Positions 10,156 through 17,470 of a stretch of DNA of 17,622 bases are shown piece after piece. The stretch is from assembly GCA_037446635.1 (NCBI GenBank), contig JBBIIG010000081.1:1-17622 (forward strand), given 5' to 3'. The notes beneath the pieces were generated by a model. The model ran no database searches, was not told the origin of the DNA, and was given only the letters and a program-made list of their open reading frames with translations. This stretch comes from a bacterium. Lineage in GTDB: Bacteria > Zhuqueibacterota > Zhuqueibacteria > Oceanimicrobiales > Oceanimicrobiaceae. The position numbers and the translations under genes were made by a program. Within the stretch, counting starts at the first letter, position 1. Each line of letters opens with the position of its first letter.

Positions 10156-10595
10156 TATCGGTTCACATGAATCACCATTCTCGTCACCGTGCCTTCGTTG
10201 GGTACGTTTTTGATCTCCATCTCATCCACGAGACTTTTGATCAGGAACATGCCCCAGCCGCGCGGGTCTTCGGCCCCGGCGATTTGCTTTTCGAGTTTTG
10301 GCATCTTGATTTTTCTGCCAATTCCTTTGCCCTGATCTTTGATGTTGACTTCCAGACTCTTCTTGTTGATTTTCAGCGTCACCAGCACGGTGGTATTCTG
10401 CTGCAGGCGGTTGCCGTGCTCGATGGCGTTGATGCAGGCTTCGGCGACTGCGGTTTTCAAATCCTCGACCCGGCTTTTATGAAAGCCCATAATTTTTGCG
10501 GCCGCGGCCGCAGCGTCCATCGCCACTTTCTCATAACCTAAAATCGAAGGAATGGAGAGATCGATGGTTTTTTGTTTGACCGGCATAACGCTCAA
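10155..10595 (-). CDS. Anti-sigma factor / Ser-Thr kinase, RsbW-like (HATPase_c_2)
   Basis: DLKTAVAEACINAIEHGN (N box), IKDQGKG (G1), PRGWGMFLIKSLVDE (G2) and GT. TTG start overlaps the upstream TGA; ATG 10586 is an alternative. Confidence 0.9.
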   Translation of the reverse strand: MSVMPVKQKTIDLSIPSILGYEKVAMDAAAAAAKIMGFHKSRVEDLKTAVAEACINAIEHGNRLQQNTTVLVTLKINKKSLEVNIKDQGKGIGRKIKMPKLEKQIAGAEDPRGWGMFLIKSLVDEMEIKNVPNEGTVTRMVIHVNR

Positions 10596-12094
10596 CTCAC
10601 TTTAACAATAACCAGCGTAACATCATCCTGGAAGTTTGACTTTCCGGCATACTCGCTCAGATCGCTGACCATCAACTCGAGCATCTCTTTAGGCGGCAAA
10701 GCGACGTGGCGATCGATGGAGTTGGATAAGCGCTCGAAACCGTAGGACTCGTAACGGCCGTTCATTTCATCGACGATGCCGTCGGTATAAAAAATTAGCG
10801 CGTCGCCCGGCTGAAGGTCGAACGCGAGCTGTTCATAAACGGTATTTTTCACGATGCCGAGGGGAAAGCGATCGCTGTTTTGCGCCTGCGGCAGGAACAT
10901 GATTTTTCCGCGCCGCCAGAGATAGGGCATGGTTTGCCCGGCGTTGGTGTAAACCAGCCGCCGCTGCTTAGCATCGATGATGCCGTAAAACAGCGCCACG
11001 AACATGTGGTTTTGAATGTCTTTGTTGAGACGAGAATTCACCAGGTTCAAGACCTCGGCGGTATTCTCGCGCTCCTCGGCGGCGAAACGCACCGCGCTCA
11101 TGGCCGCGGTCATCACCATCGCCGCGGAGACGCCGTGCCCGGAAACGTCGCCCACCACGATCCCCAACCGATGGTCATCCAACCGCAGAAAGTCATAAAA
11201 GTCGCCGCCCACTTCCTGCGCCGGCATCGAGCGGGCATTAATTTGAAAGCCTTGAATTTCGGGAAAAGATTTGGGCAGCATGCGCGCCTGCATCTCGCGC
11301 GCCACGTTGAACTCTTGCCAGATGCGCGCGTTCTCGCGCAGCGAACGCACCATGTTGTTGAACGACTGCGCCAGGGCGCCGATTTCATCCTTTGATTGGT
11401 AATCGATGGAAATGTCCCAATTGCCGCTGGCAACCTCGCGGGTGCTTTCGGTTAAACGCTGAATGGGCTTAAACATTTTGCGAATGATAAAAAAAACCAC
11501 CAGCACGCCGCTCAGCAGCACCGAGAGAAACACTTGGATCAAAGTCGTTCGCAGGGCATCGCGGCTGGAGAAGACGTCCTTCTCGTAGCCGGTTCCCAAA
11601 ATCATCCAATCCCAGGGCGCGAAGTATTTGAAGTAACCGACTTTCAATTCTCCTCGGAGTCCGCGGGCGTCGGTTCGCTGGCGATACTCCGTGAAATTGG
11701 CGTAGCCGTGGATTTTGCCGGCGGCGTCAATTTCATCATGGAGTTTTTTGATGTGGGGGAAGGAGTCGTTATACAAATTCACACCAACCGCTGAAGGATG
11801 AACCAGCAGCGTGCCTTTGGTTGGTCCTTCGCGATGGTCTAAAATAGAGATATAACCGTTGGTGGCGATCTTGATGGCCGCAATCTCCTGCTTCAATTCT
11901 TCCGAGGGGTAAAACTCGTTTTTGTAATGACGCTCACACAGCGCAAACGCCTGCTCGGTTTTGGCCACCAGCAGCTCCCGGGCCAGGGCTTTGATCTTCC
12001 ACTTCGATTCGCGGTAGCCGATAAACCCAGCCACCGCCACCGTGACCATCAACACCGAGACCGCAACTAAAATCAATTTGACGCGAAAGCTCAT
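10592..12094 (-). CDS. Membrane-bound SpoIIE/RsbU-type PP2C phosphatase with Cache-like sensor and HAMP domain
   Basis: TM1 near the N-terminus, extracytoplasmic Cache-like region (LLVHP...KVGYFKYFAPWDWMILGTGY), TM2 and HAMP (KPIQRL...DEIGALAQSFNNM). PP2C motifs VGGDFYD, VGDVSGHG, YTDGI and QDDVT. Confidence 0.92.
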   Translation of the reverse strand: MSFRVKLILVAVSVLMVTVAVAGFIGYRESKWKIKALARELLVAKTEQAFALCERHYKNEFYPSEELKQEIAAIKIATNGYISILDHREGPTKGTLLVHPSAVGVNLYNDSFPHIKKLHDEIDAAGKIHGYANFTEYRQRTDARGLRGELKVGYFKYFAPWDWMILGTGYEKDVFSSRDALRTTLIQVFLSVLLSGVLVVFFIIRKMFKPIQRLTESTREVASGNWDISIDYQSKDEIGALAQSFNNMVRSLRENARIWQEFNVAREMQARMLPKSFPEIQGFQINARSMPAQEVGGDFYDFLRLDDHRLGIVVGDVSGHGVSAAMVMTAAMSAVRFAAEERENTAEVLNLVNSRLNKDIQNHMFVALFYGIIDAKQRRLVYTNAGQTMPYLWRRGKIMFLPQAQNSDRFPLGIVKNTVYEQLAFDLQPGDALIFYTDGIVDEMNGRYESYGFERLSNSIDRHVALPPKEMLELMVSDLSEYAGKSNFQDDVTLVIVKVS

Positions 12095-12098
12095 GGTT

Positions 12099-13661
12099 TT
12101 AATTTTCGTTGGTTCGCGTCGCGAGGCCGCGATTCTGAATTTTCAAACGATCGATTTTTTTCTGCAAGCCCAGACGGCTGAGGCCTAATTTGCCGGCAAC
12201 CTTCGATTTATTCCAATGGTATTTGTCTAAAGCTTCCGTGATGAGGCGCCGCTCAAGGTTGTCCACGGCCTCGCGCAGCGTCGCCGCCGGCGCTGGATTC
12301 GGGGCATCGAAAATTGGCGCCGCTCCCAAAATTTTGGGAGATAAATCCTCGGGCTGGATGAGCGAGTTCTCGCCGCTGAGGGTGATTACGCGCTCGATTT
12401 CATTTTCCAATTCGCGAATGTTGCCCGGCCAATCGTATTGCATCAGCGCCTTCATCGCGCTTGTAGAAATGCCTTTAATTTTGACTGCTAATCTTTCTTC
12501 ATACTTTTTGATGAAATGCGCCACCAACAGCGGAATATCATCGCGGCGGTTGCGCAGCGGCGGCAGCCGCAGCTCCAAAACACTCAAACGAAAATACAAA
12601 TCTTCGCGGAAATGGCCGTTACGAATTTCCTGCTCGAGATTTTTGTTAGTGGCGACAATAATCCTCACGTCCACCGAAATTTCTTTGGTTCCACCCACAC
12701 GGCGAAAGCTGCGTTCCTGCAGCACCCGCAATATTTTTGCCTGCGAGCTCAGCGGCATGTCGCCGATTTCGTCGATGAACATGGTGCCGCCCGCGGCCTG
12801 CTCAAAATAACCAATATGCTTTTTGACGCCCGTCGCCACGCCGGCCTCGATGCCAAAAAATTCCGATTCCACCAAATTCTCCGGAATCGCCGTGCTGTTC
12901 ACCGCCACAAACGGCCCGTCTTTGCGCGGGCTCAAATAGTGAATGGTTTTGGCCACCAGTTCTTTGCCGGTGCCGGTTTCGCCGTAAATCATCACGTTGG
13001 TGGGACTTTTGGCGACGTTGCGGATTTGCTGCAAAATTTGTTGGATGCTCTCGTGCTGCCCAATAATACGCCCTTCTTCGTAATCTCTTTGCACTTCTTC
13101 GCGCAGCGCGAGGTTTTCGAGCTGCAAGCGTTCCTGCGCCGCTTTCAATTCTTCGTAGAGACGCAGATTTTCCAGCGCGGCCGTGGTGTGACTAATGATG
13201 GCTTGCAGGAGCTCGTAATCGGCCTCGTTGTAGGCTTCGCCGGATAGTTTCGCTCCCAAAAAAATTCCGCCCAATACATTCTCGCGGCTCACAAATTCGG
13301 TCCACATCGCGGACTCGCCGGACAGTTCTTTTTTGCTTAATTTTTTGAGCACATCCTGTAGAATGATCTTTCGCTCGAGAGGTTGTTTACCGTCGAATTG
13401 CAGAGCGGATAATTTGCGTTCGAGTTCAGCGGCAAGATTTTTGTCAAAGCCGCGCCCGGCCACCACGCGCCAGCCTTCTTGATTTACCACCGCCAGCGCC
13501 AACCCGTACTCGACGCCGAAGGTGCCCATTAAAATGGAAAGCACTTCGCGGTAAATCTCGACGCGCTCGCGGCAATGGTTGAGAGACTCCGCAACTTCAT
13601 AAAGCGTTTGCAGATGGAAGACGCGGCGTTCGAGATCGCGTTTGGTTGGATCGCTGGTCAT
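12099..13661 (-). CDS. GAF - sigma54-type AAA+ - Fis HTH transcriptional regulator with atypical GVATGV loop
   Basis: Walker A GETGTGKE, ESEFFG, Walker B MFIDEIGD, QAKILRVLQ, FREDLYFRL, WPGNIRELEN and C-terminal HTH (NKSKVAGKLGLSR). N-terminal GAF-like region ends ..AALENLRLYEEL. Confidence 0.92.
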   Translation of the reverse strand: MTSDPTKRDLERRVFHLQTLYEVAESLNHCRERVEIYREVLSILMGTFGVEYGLALAVVNQEGWRVVAGRGFDKNLAAELERKLSALQFDGKQPLERKIILQDVLKKLSKKELSGESAMWTEFVSRENVLGGIFLGAKLSGEAYNEADYELLQAIISHTTAALENLRLYEELKAAQERLQLENLALREEVQRDYEEGRIIGQHESIQQILQQIRNVAKSPTNVMIYGETGTGKELVAKTIHYLSPRKDGPFVAVNSTAIPENLVESEFFGIEAGVATGVKKHIGYFEQAAGGTMFIDEIGDMPLSSQAKILRVLQERSFRRVGGTKEISVDVRIIVATNKNLEQEIRNGHFREDLYFRLSVLELRLPPLRNRRDDIPLLVAHFIKKYEERLAVKIKGISTSAMKALMQYDWPGNIRELENEIERVITLSGENSLIQPEDLSPKILGAAPIFDAPNPAPAATLREAVDNLERRLITEALDKYHWNKSKVAGKLGLSRLGLQKKIDRLKIQNRGLATRTNEN

Positions 13662-13668
13662 AAACTTT

Positions 13669-13696
13669 AACCACGAATTTCACGAATTATACGAAT
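13669..13696. repeat. Tandem 9-mer array (half-element of the same repeat family)
   Basis: ACCACGAAT-TTCACGAAT-TATACGAAT. Its first 11 nt (AACCACGAATT) are identical to 10117-10127 and in the same orientation. Confidence 0.85.
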
Positions 13697-13703
13697 CTAA
13701 ACT

Positions 13704-13735
13704 AAAAAGGCCATCATCAAAAAACCGAATGGCCT
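13704..13735 (-). terminator. Putative intrinsic terminator on the minus strand
   Basis: Minus strand reads AGGCCAT-(14 nt)-ATGGCCT followed by TTTT. Lies downstream of the SDR gene. Confidence 0.5.
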
Positions 13736-13766
13736 AAAAGAACGGGCATAATTAATCAAGAAAGTT

Positions 13767-13934
13767 TAGCACCCGGATGACACGGATGGGACAGATTCGC
13801 ACGGATTCATGCAAGCGGTGATTCATTCCGCTTTTAGTTACCAAAAACGCCGATTTATTTTAACGAAAGGGCGTCTGAAAATTGACCCCGGAAAGGTTTG
13901 GAAATTAAAGTATCCGCGTCTCATCCGTGTTCTA
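13767..13934. repeat. Inverted-repeat element with 9-mer arms and about 105-nt core (MITE/REP-like)
   Basis: Left arm TAG-CACCCGGAT-GACACGGAT-GGGACAGAT-T-CGCACGGAT. Right arm reverse complement TAG-AACACGGAT-GA-GACGCGGAT. The outer 14 nt match at 12 positions. Confidence 0.75.
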
Positions 13935-13954
13935 TTTATCAATTTCCGAATATT

Positions 13955-14758
13955 TTACCCAACCACATCCTCGCCGCCATCCACGCGGATGACGTTGCCG
14001 GTCATCCAGTAATTATTTTCGTGAGAAAGCAGCGCGATGGCTTTGGCGACATCCTCGGGCGTGGTGAGCCGCCCCATTGGATTCAGCTTTTTGGCATGTT
14101 CGATCATCGCCTCGTTGCCCGGAATTTTTCGTAAAGCTGGCGTGTCTGTCACTCCCGCTTGAATGGCATTGACCGTGATTTTTTTTGGCGCGAGCTCCAT
14201 CGCCAATTGCCGGCAGTGGGACTCCAGCGCTGCCTTCGCCGCGGAAACCGGTCCGTAAGTTGGCCAAACGCGATGCCCGCCGGAGCTGGTCATCGCAAAA
14301 ATGCGGCCGCCGTCGCGCATCAATTTGCGGAACACCAGTTCCTGCGTCCAATAAACCAGGCTATTGGCCATCACTTCGAGGGTCATATCCATTTGCGCTT
14401 TGGTGATGGCTTCGTTGGGATCGTCTGGCGTAAATCTACGCAATGTCCCAAATGCCAGCGAATGCATCAGCACGCGGATTTGCGAATCGCTGCCGCTTTT
14501 TTTCACTTCTTCCTGCATGGTTTGCAGCGCCTGCTGCCGCGCCTCTGGATCCGACGCGTTGATGTTGAAGAACACCGCCTGCCGCCCCAGCGCTTTGATG
14601 TCGCTCATGATTTTTTCGGCGTTGGGCAGCGTCGCTTTGCGGTCGAGATGCACGCCGAAGATGTGGAATCCCTGCCGTGCCAATTCCACGGCAGTTGCGC
14701 CGCCGAAACCACTGGAGGCGCCTAAAACCAAGGCCCAATCATTTTTGCTCGATGCCAA
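13955..14758 (-). CDS. SDR-family oxidoreductase, FabL-like enoyl-ACP reductase
   Basis: ALVLGASSGFG (Rossmann), YGPVSAAK (Yx6K spacing typical of enoyl-ACP reductases), VNAIQAGVTDTPAL, PMGRLTTPEDVA and TGNVIRVDGG. TTG start after GAGGAGG. Confidence 0.85.
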   Translation of the reverse strand: MASSKNDWALVLGASSGFGGATAVELARQGFHIFGVHLDRKATLPNAEKIMSDIKALGRQAVFFNINASDPEARQQALQTMQEEVKKSGSDSQIRVLMHSLAFGTLRRFTPDDPNEAITKAQMDMTLEVMANSLVYWTQELVFRKLMRDGGRIFAMTSSGGHRVWPTYGPVSAAKAALESHCRQLAMELAPKKITVNAIQAGVTDTPALRKIPGNEAMIEHAKKLNPMGRLTTPEDVAKAIALLSHENNYWMTGNVIRVDGGEDVVG

Positions 14759-14796
14759 CGTTTCCTCCTCACAATTTGCTCGATTAAAGTTGAGTA

Positions 14797-14825
14797 ATAA
14801 TAGTCAGCTTTTGAGAGAATGTCAA
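14797..14825 (-). promoter_or_regulatory. Sigma70-type promoter for the SDR gene
   Basis: Minus strand reads TTGACA (14825-14820), a 17-nt spacer, then TATTAT (14802-14797), about 40 nt upstream of the TTG start. Confidence 0.75.
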
Positions 14826-15089
14826 GCGGTAAATTTTGGACAAATTAAAATGACGAATAGCACCTACGTATGAAATCGTTATGTGAATTTGTTTTTCAAT
14901 TCAGACATTTCTTTCATGTCAAATCAAGAACCGTTTCATCGTTCCATCATAAATAGCTTGAGGAGCGTCAACTGGCAGACCCGGTTCTTGGACAACTTGT
15001 TTCGCTAAAGTTTGGCGTACAAGTTCTTCCTGCGGATCAGACGAATGTAGATTCTCATACCCGGTTTCACCCGTCACCGCTGGACTCTC

Positions 15090-15740
15090 CTAACCAAGTT
15101 CGAAAATGTCCTTCAGTCTCTGCAAACGATCAATCAAAAACTCCGGCACCACCGCCGCCAACGCCTCCCGGCTGCGATACCCGTATGTTACCGCGCAAGT
15201 GTGAATTCCGGCGCGCTTGCCGGATTCAATATCCGTCGTGCCGTCGCCGATGATCACGGCGCGCGCCGGCGGCACATCCAGCTTCTTCAAAATATGCAGA
15301 ATCGGCGCGGGGCTCGGTTTCAGCTGCGGCTGGGAATCGCCGCCGAGAATAATTTTGAAATAGTGCTCGATGCCGAGTCCTTTCAAAATCGCCAGCGTGA
15401 ATTCATCCGGCTTGTTAGAGATCACCGCCATCTTTTTTTCTCGAAAATGATCCAAAATCTCATGCGCTCCGTCGTACAAAGTTGAAAAGTCGAGGCAGTG
15501 TTCGCGGTAGTGGTCGCGAAAAATTTTTATGGCCTCATCGATCCGCGGCGAGCCCTGAGTCGGCAGGGTTCGTTCCATCAACTTGTGAAGGCCATCGCCC
15601 ACGAAGCGCATAACTTCGGTTAATTCCAACGGCCGCTCCCCAAACTGGGCGCGAACGAAATTGACCGAGTTGGTTAGGTCCTGGCGGGTATCTACCAGCG
15701 TGCCGTCGAGGTCGAAGATGAGGAGATCAATTTTTATCAT
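15090..15740 (-). CDS. HAD-superfamily hydrolase, phosphoglycolate-phosphatase-like
   Basis: Motif I FDLDGTLVD, motif II ISNK, KPSP, IGDGTTDIESG and VTYGY. Confidence 0.92.
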   Translation of the reverse strand: MIKIDLLIFDLDGTLVDTRQDLTNSVNFVRAQFGERPLELTEVMRFVGDGLHKLMERTLPTQGSPRIDEAIKIFRDHYREHCLDFSTLYDGAHEILDHFREKKMAVISNKPDEFTLAILKGLGIEHYFKIILGGDSQPQLKPSPAPILHILKKLDVPPARAVIIGDGTTDIESGKRAGIHTCAVTYGYRSREALAAVVPEFLIDRLQRLKDIFELG

Positions 15741-15794
15741 AGCCTGATACTTTACCGGCGTTCGCGAAATTTATTCTGATCCACGATGATTAAA

Positions 15795-16952
15795 TTACGG
15801 TGCATACTCATACGGCAGCAAATCCGCCACGCTCTGCCACGCCCAGTAGCCGTACACCGTTACGGCCAGCGGATCATAAAGGTAACCGGTAGTATCGATG
15901 ATCGCGAAAGATTTGTTCATCGCTATCCACGAGGTTTGCGCTTGCGGCCGCGTGGACTCGCGGCGCTTTTGCGAGGTCATTTGCAGCGCCGATTTGTCGT
16001 AATTCAAGCGCCAGTAAATGTATTCCCGCTCCTCCATCTCTTTGGTATAAACCACCTGCAGCACATCAAGAAAATGCAGGTTGCGCTCAAACGATAGCTC
16101 ACCGGGAGAAAGCAATCCCTCGAGGCTTACTTGCTGCAGCTCGGCGGCGTAAAGATTTTCCTCAAGCTGGTTCATGCGATAAACGAGGAAGCCCGCGCTG
16201 TTGATTTGGCCGGCCGTGAGCGTCGCCAGAAAATGCCGCAGCGAGCCGTAGTAGGTTTGGCGGCGATTTTTCTGCCATTCATTGCGCTGCTTGTCATTCT
16301 TTGGAGTCAGCTCTTCGAATTTGGTGTTGCCGGTGAATTTCAAAATCTCCTCTTTTCCGCCAAAGCGGATCCGCCAAGCGGATAAAACGAACGATTCCAG
16401 CAAATAGAAAATGCGATACCCCAGCGCGTGATTCTCGATGAGCAGCAAGTCGCTGGCCACGGCTGAGAAATCTCCGTTCGAATCGTTCGCATCGAAACTC
16501 AAAACTTCTGGATTGAGGATGCGCGTTTTGGCGGCGTTGCGCGAGGTGCCGAGAAAAAAGGTCTCGAATTGCTGCAGCTGCTTTTTCCAGTCGGCGAACC
16601 GGGAGGCAGTAACTTCCACGGGCGGCGCTTGCAGTACCCGCGGCTGCAATTTGAATTCATAGGCGCGATCGTTGGCCAAAACCAGCCGCACCTGCACGCG
16701 CTGAGTTTCATAACCGAGACAGGAGACGATCAGGTTGTGCGTGCCCAATGGCACGTTGGTGATGATAAAATCGCCGTTGGCGTCGGTGGCGTCGCCCAAC
16801 ATGGTTTGTGACAGAAACACATTGGCGTTGGCGATGGGCGCGTTGTTCTCGGCGTCGAGCACCTGACCCGAGATGGTGATGGTGGTGTGAAACTGGCCGA
16901 AAACGGAAGATGATAACAGGAATATCAGAAATAAAAATGTCATCCCAAACAT
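15795..16952 (-). CDS. Secreted protein with N-terminal carboxypeptidase-regulatory-like (CarboxypepD_reg) domain
   Basis: Signal-peptide-like N-terminus, then ISGQVLDAENNAPIANANVFL...TDANGDF.I..VP.G...LIVSCLGY, PVEVTA and an uncharacterised C-terminal domain ending ADLLPYEY. Confidence 0.8.
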   Translation of the reverse strand: MFGMTFLFLIFLLSSSVFGQFHTTITISGQVLDAENNAPIANANVFLSQTMLGDATDANGDFIITNVPLGTHNLIVSCLGYETQRVQVRLVLANDRAYEFKLQPRVLQAPPVEVTASRFADWKKQLQQFETFFLGTSRNAAKTRILNPEVLSFDANDSNGDFSAVASDLLLIENHALGYRIFYLLESFVLSAWRIRFGGKEEILKFTGNTKFEELTPKNDKQRNEWQKNRRQTYYGSLRHFLATLTAGQINSAGFLVYRMNQLEENLYAAELQQVSLEGLLSPGELSFERNLHFLDVLQVVYTKEMEEREYIYWRLNYDKSALQMTSQKRRESTRPQAQTSWIAMNKSFAIIDTTGYLYDPLAVTVYGYWAWQSVADLLPYEYAP

Positions 16953-16966
16953 TTTCTTTGTGAGCT

Positions 16967-17470
16967 TTAACTTTTGTGTCCCAACCGCTCTCTGTAAAAA
17001 AGAATCAAATCCGTGGCGACGGTTTCAGCACCGAGTTGGCGCAGCATAGTAACCACTTGGCCGCGGTGGTAGCTGGAATGATTGACGACGTGCCGCATCA
17101 TCTGCCACAACGGATTTGAGAACGGCTGCCCCGCTGTGTTGCGATAACTGATCACGCGATTGAGCAAGTCATTCGTTAGTCCGGAGACAAACGCAGTTTG
17201 AGCGCGCTCCACTTCCAGCCATTGTTTGCGGATAGCTTCCTGGGTTGTGAGCTTCCATGAATCCGGAATGCCCGTGGGCGAAGCGCCTTGCCAGCGCGTG
17301 AGCCAAATCCATTCGCCGGAAAGAATGTGCACCAGCGTATCTTTGATCGATGGGAAGCTGTTCCGCAGGTCGCGGCTGAATTCTTCCGGACGCAGTTTTG
17401 AAGTTGCCTCTAAAATACGATGATTCGCCCAACGGTTGTATTCGAGGAGTTCCTGAATTTCTTTGAGCAT
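16967..17470 (-). CDS. DinB/YfiT-like four-helix metalloprotein
   Basis: YNRWAN, SIKDTLVHI and HVVNHSSYHRGQ (His triad), followed by LRQLG. Confidence 0.9.
   Translation of the reverse strand: MLKEIQELLEYNRWANHRILEATSKLRPEEFSRDLRNSFPSIKDTLVHILSGEWIWLTRWQGASPTGIPDSWKLTTQEAIRKQWLEVERAQTAFVSGLTNDLLNRVISYRNTAGQPFSNPLWQMMRHVVNHSSYHRGQVVTMLRQLGAETVATDLILFYRERLGHKS

Noticed and set aside
10113..10541. + strand ORF beginning [14 protein letters not shown]
   Set aside because: The repetitive N-terminus is just the translated 9-mer array, and the rest is antisense to the RsbW-like gene.
3442..13934. 9-mer arrays as CRISPR repeats or integron attC sites
   Set aside because: There is no repeat-spacer alternation, no cas or integrase gene, and no RYYYAAC/GTTRRRY box arrangement was seen.
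13662..13954. Sigma54 (-24/-12) promoter or known riboswitch upstream of the regulator operon
   Set aside because: No TGGCAC-N5-TTGC match and no recognisable riboswitch consensus was found by eye.
15015..15065. Minus-strand resemblance to the SRP RNA core (TCC-GCA-GGA-AG) or a TPP riboswitch (TGAGA...CTGATC)
   Set aside because: It lacks the GNRA tetraloop with CAGG/AGCAG of SRP, and lacks the GGnTAATnCC stem-loop of TPP.
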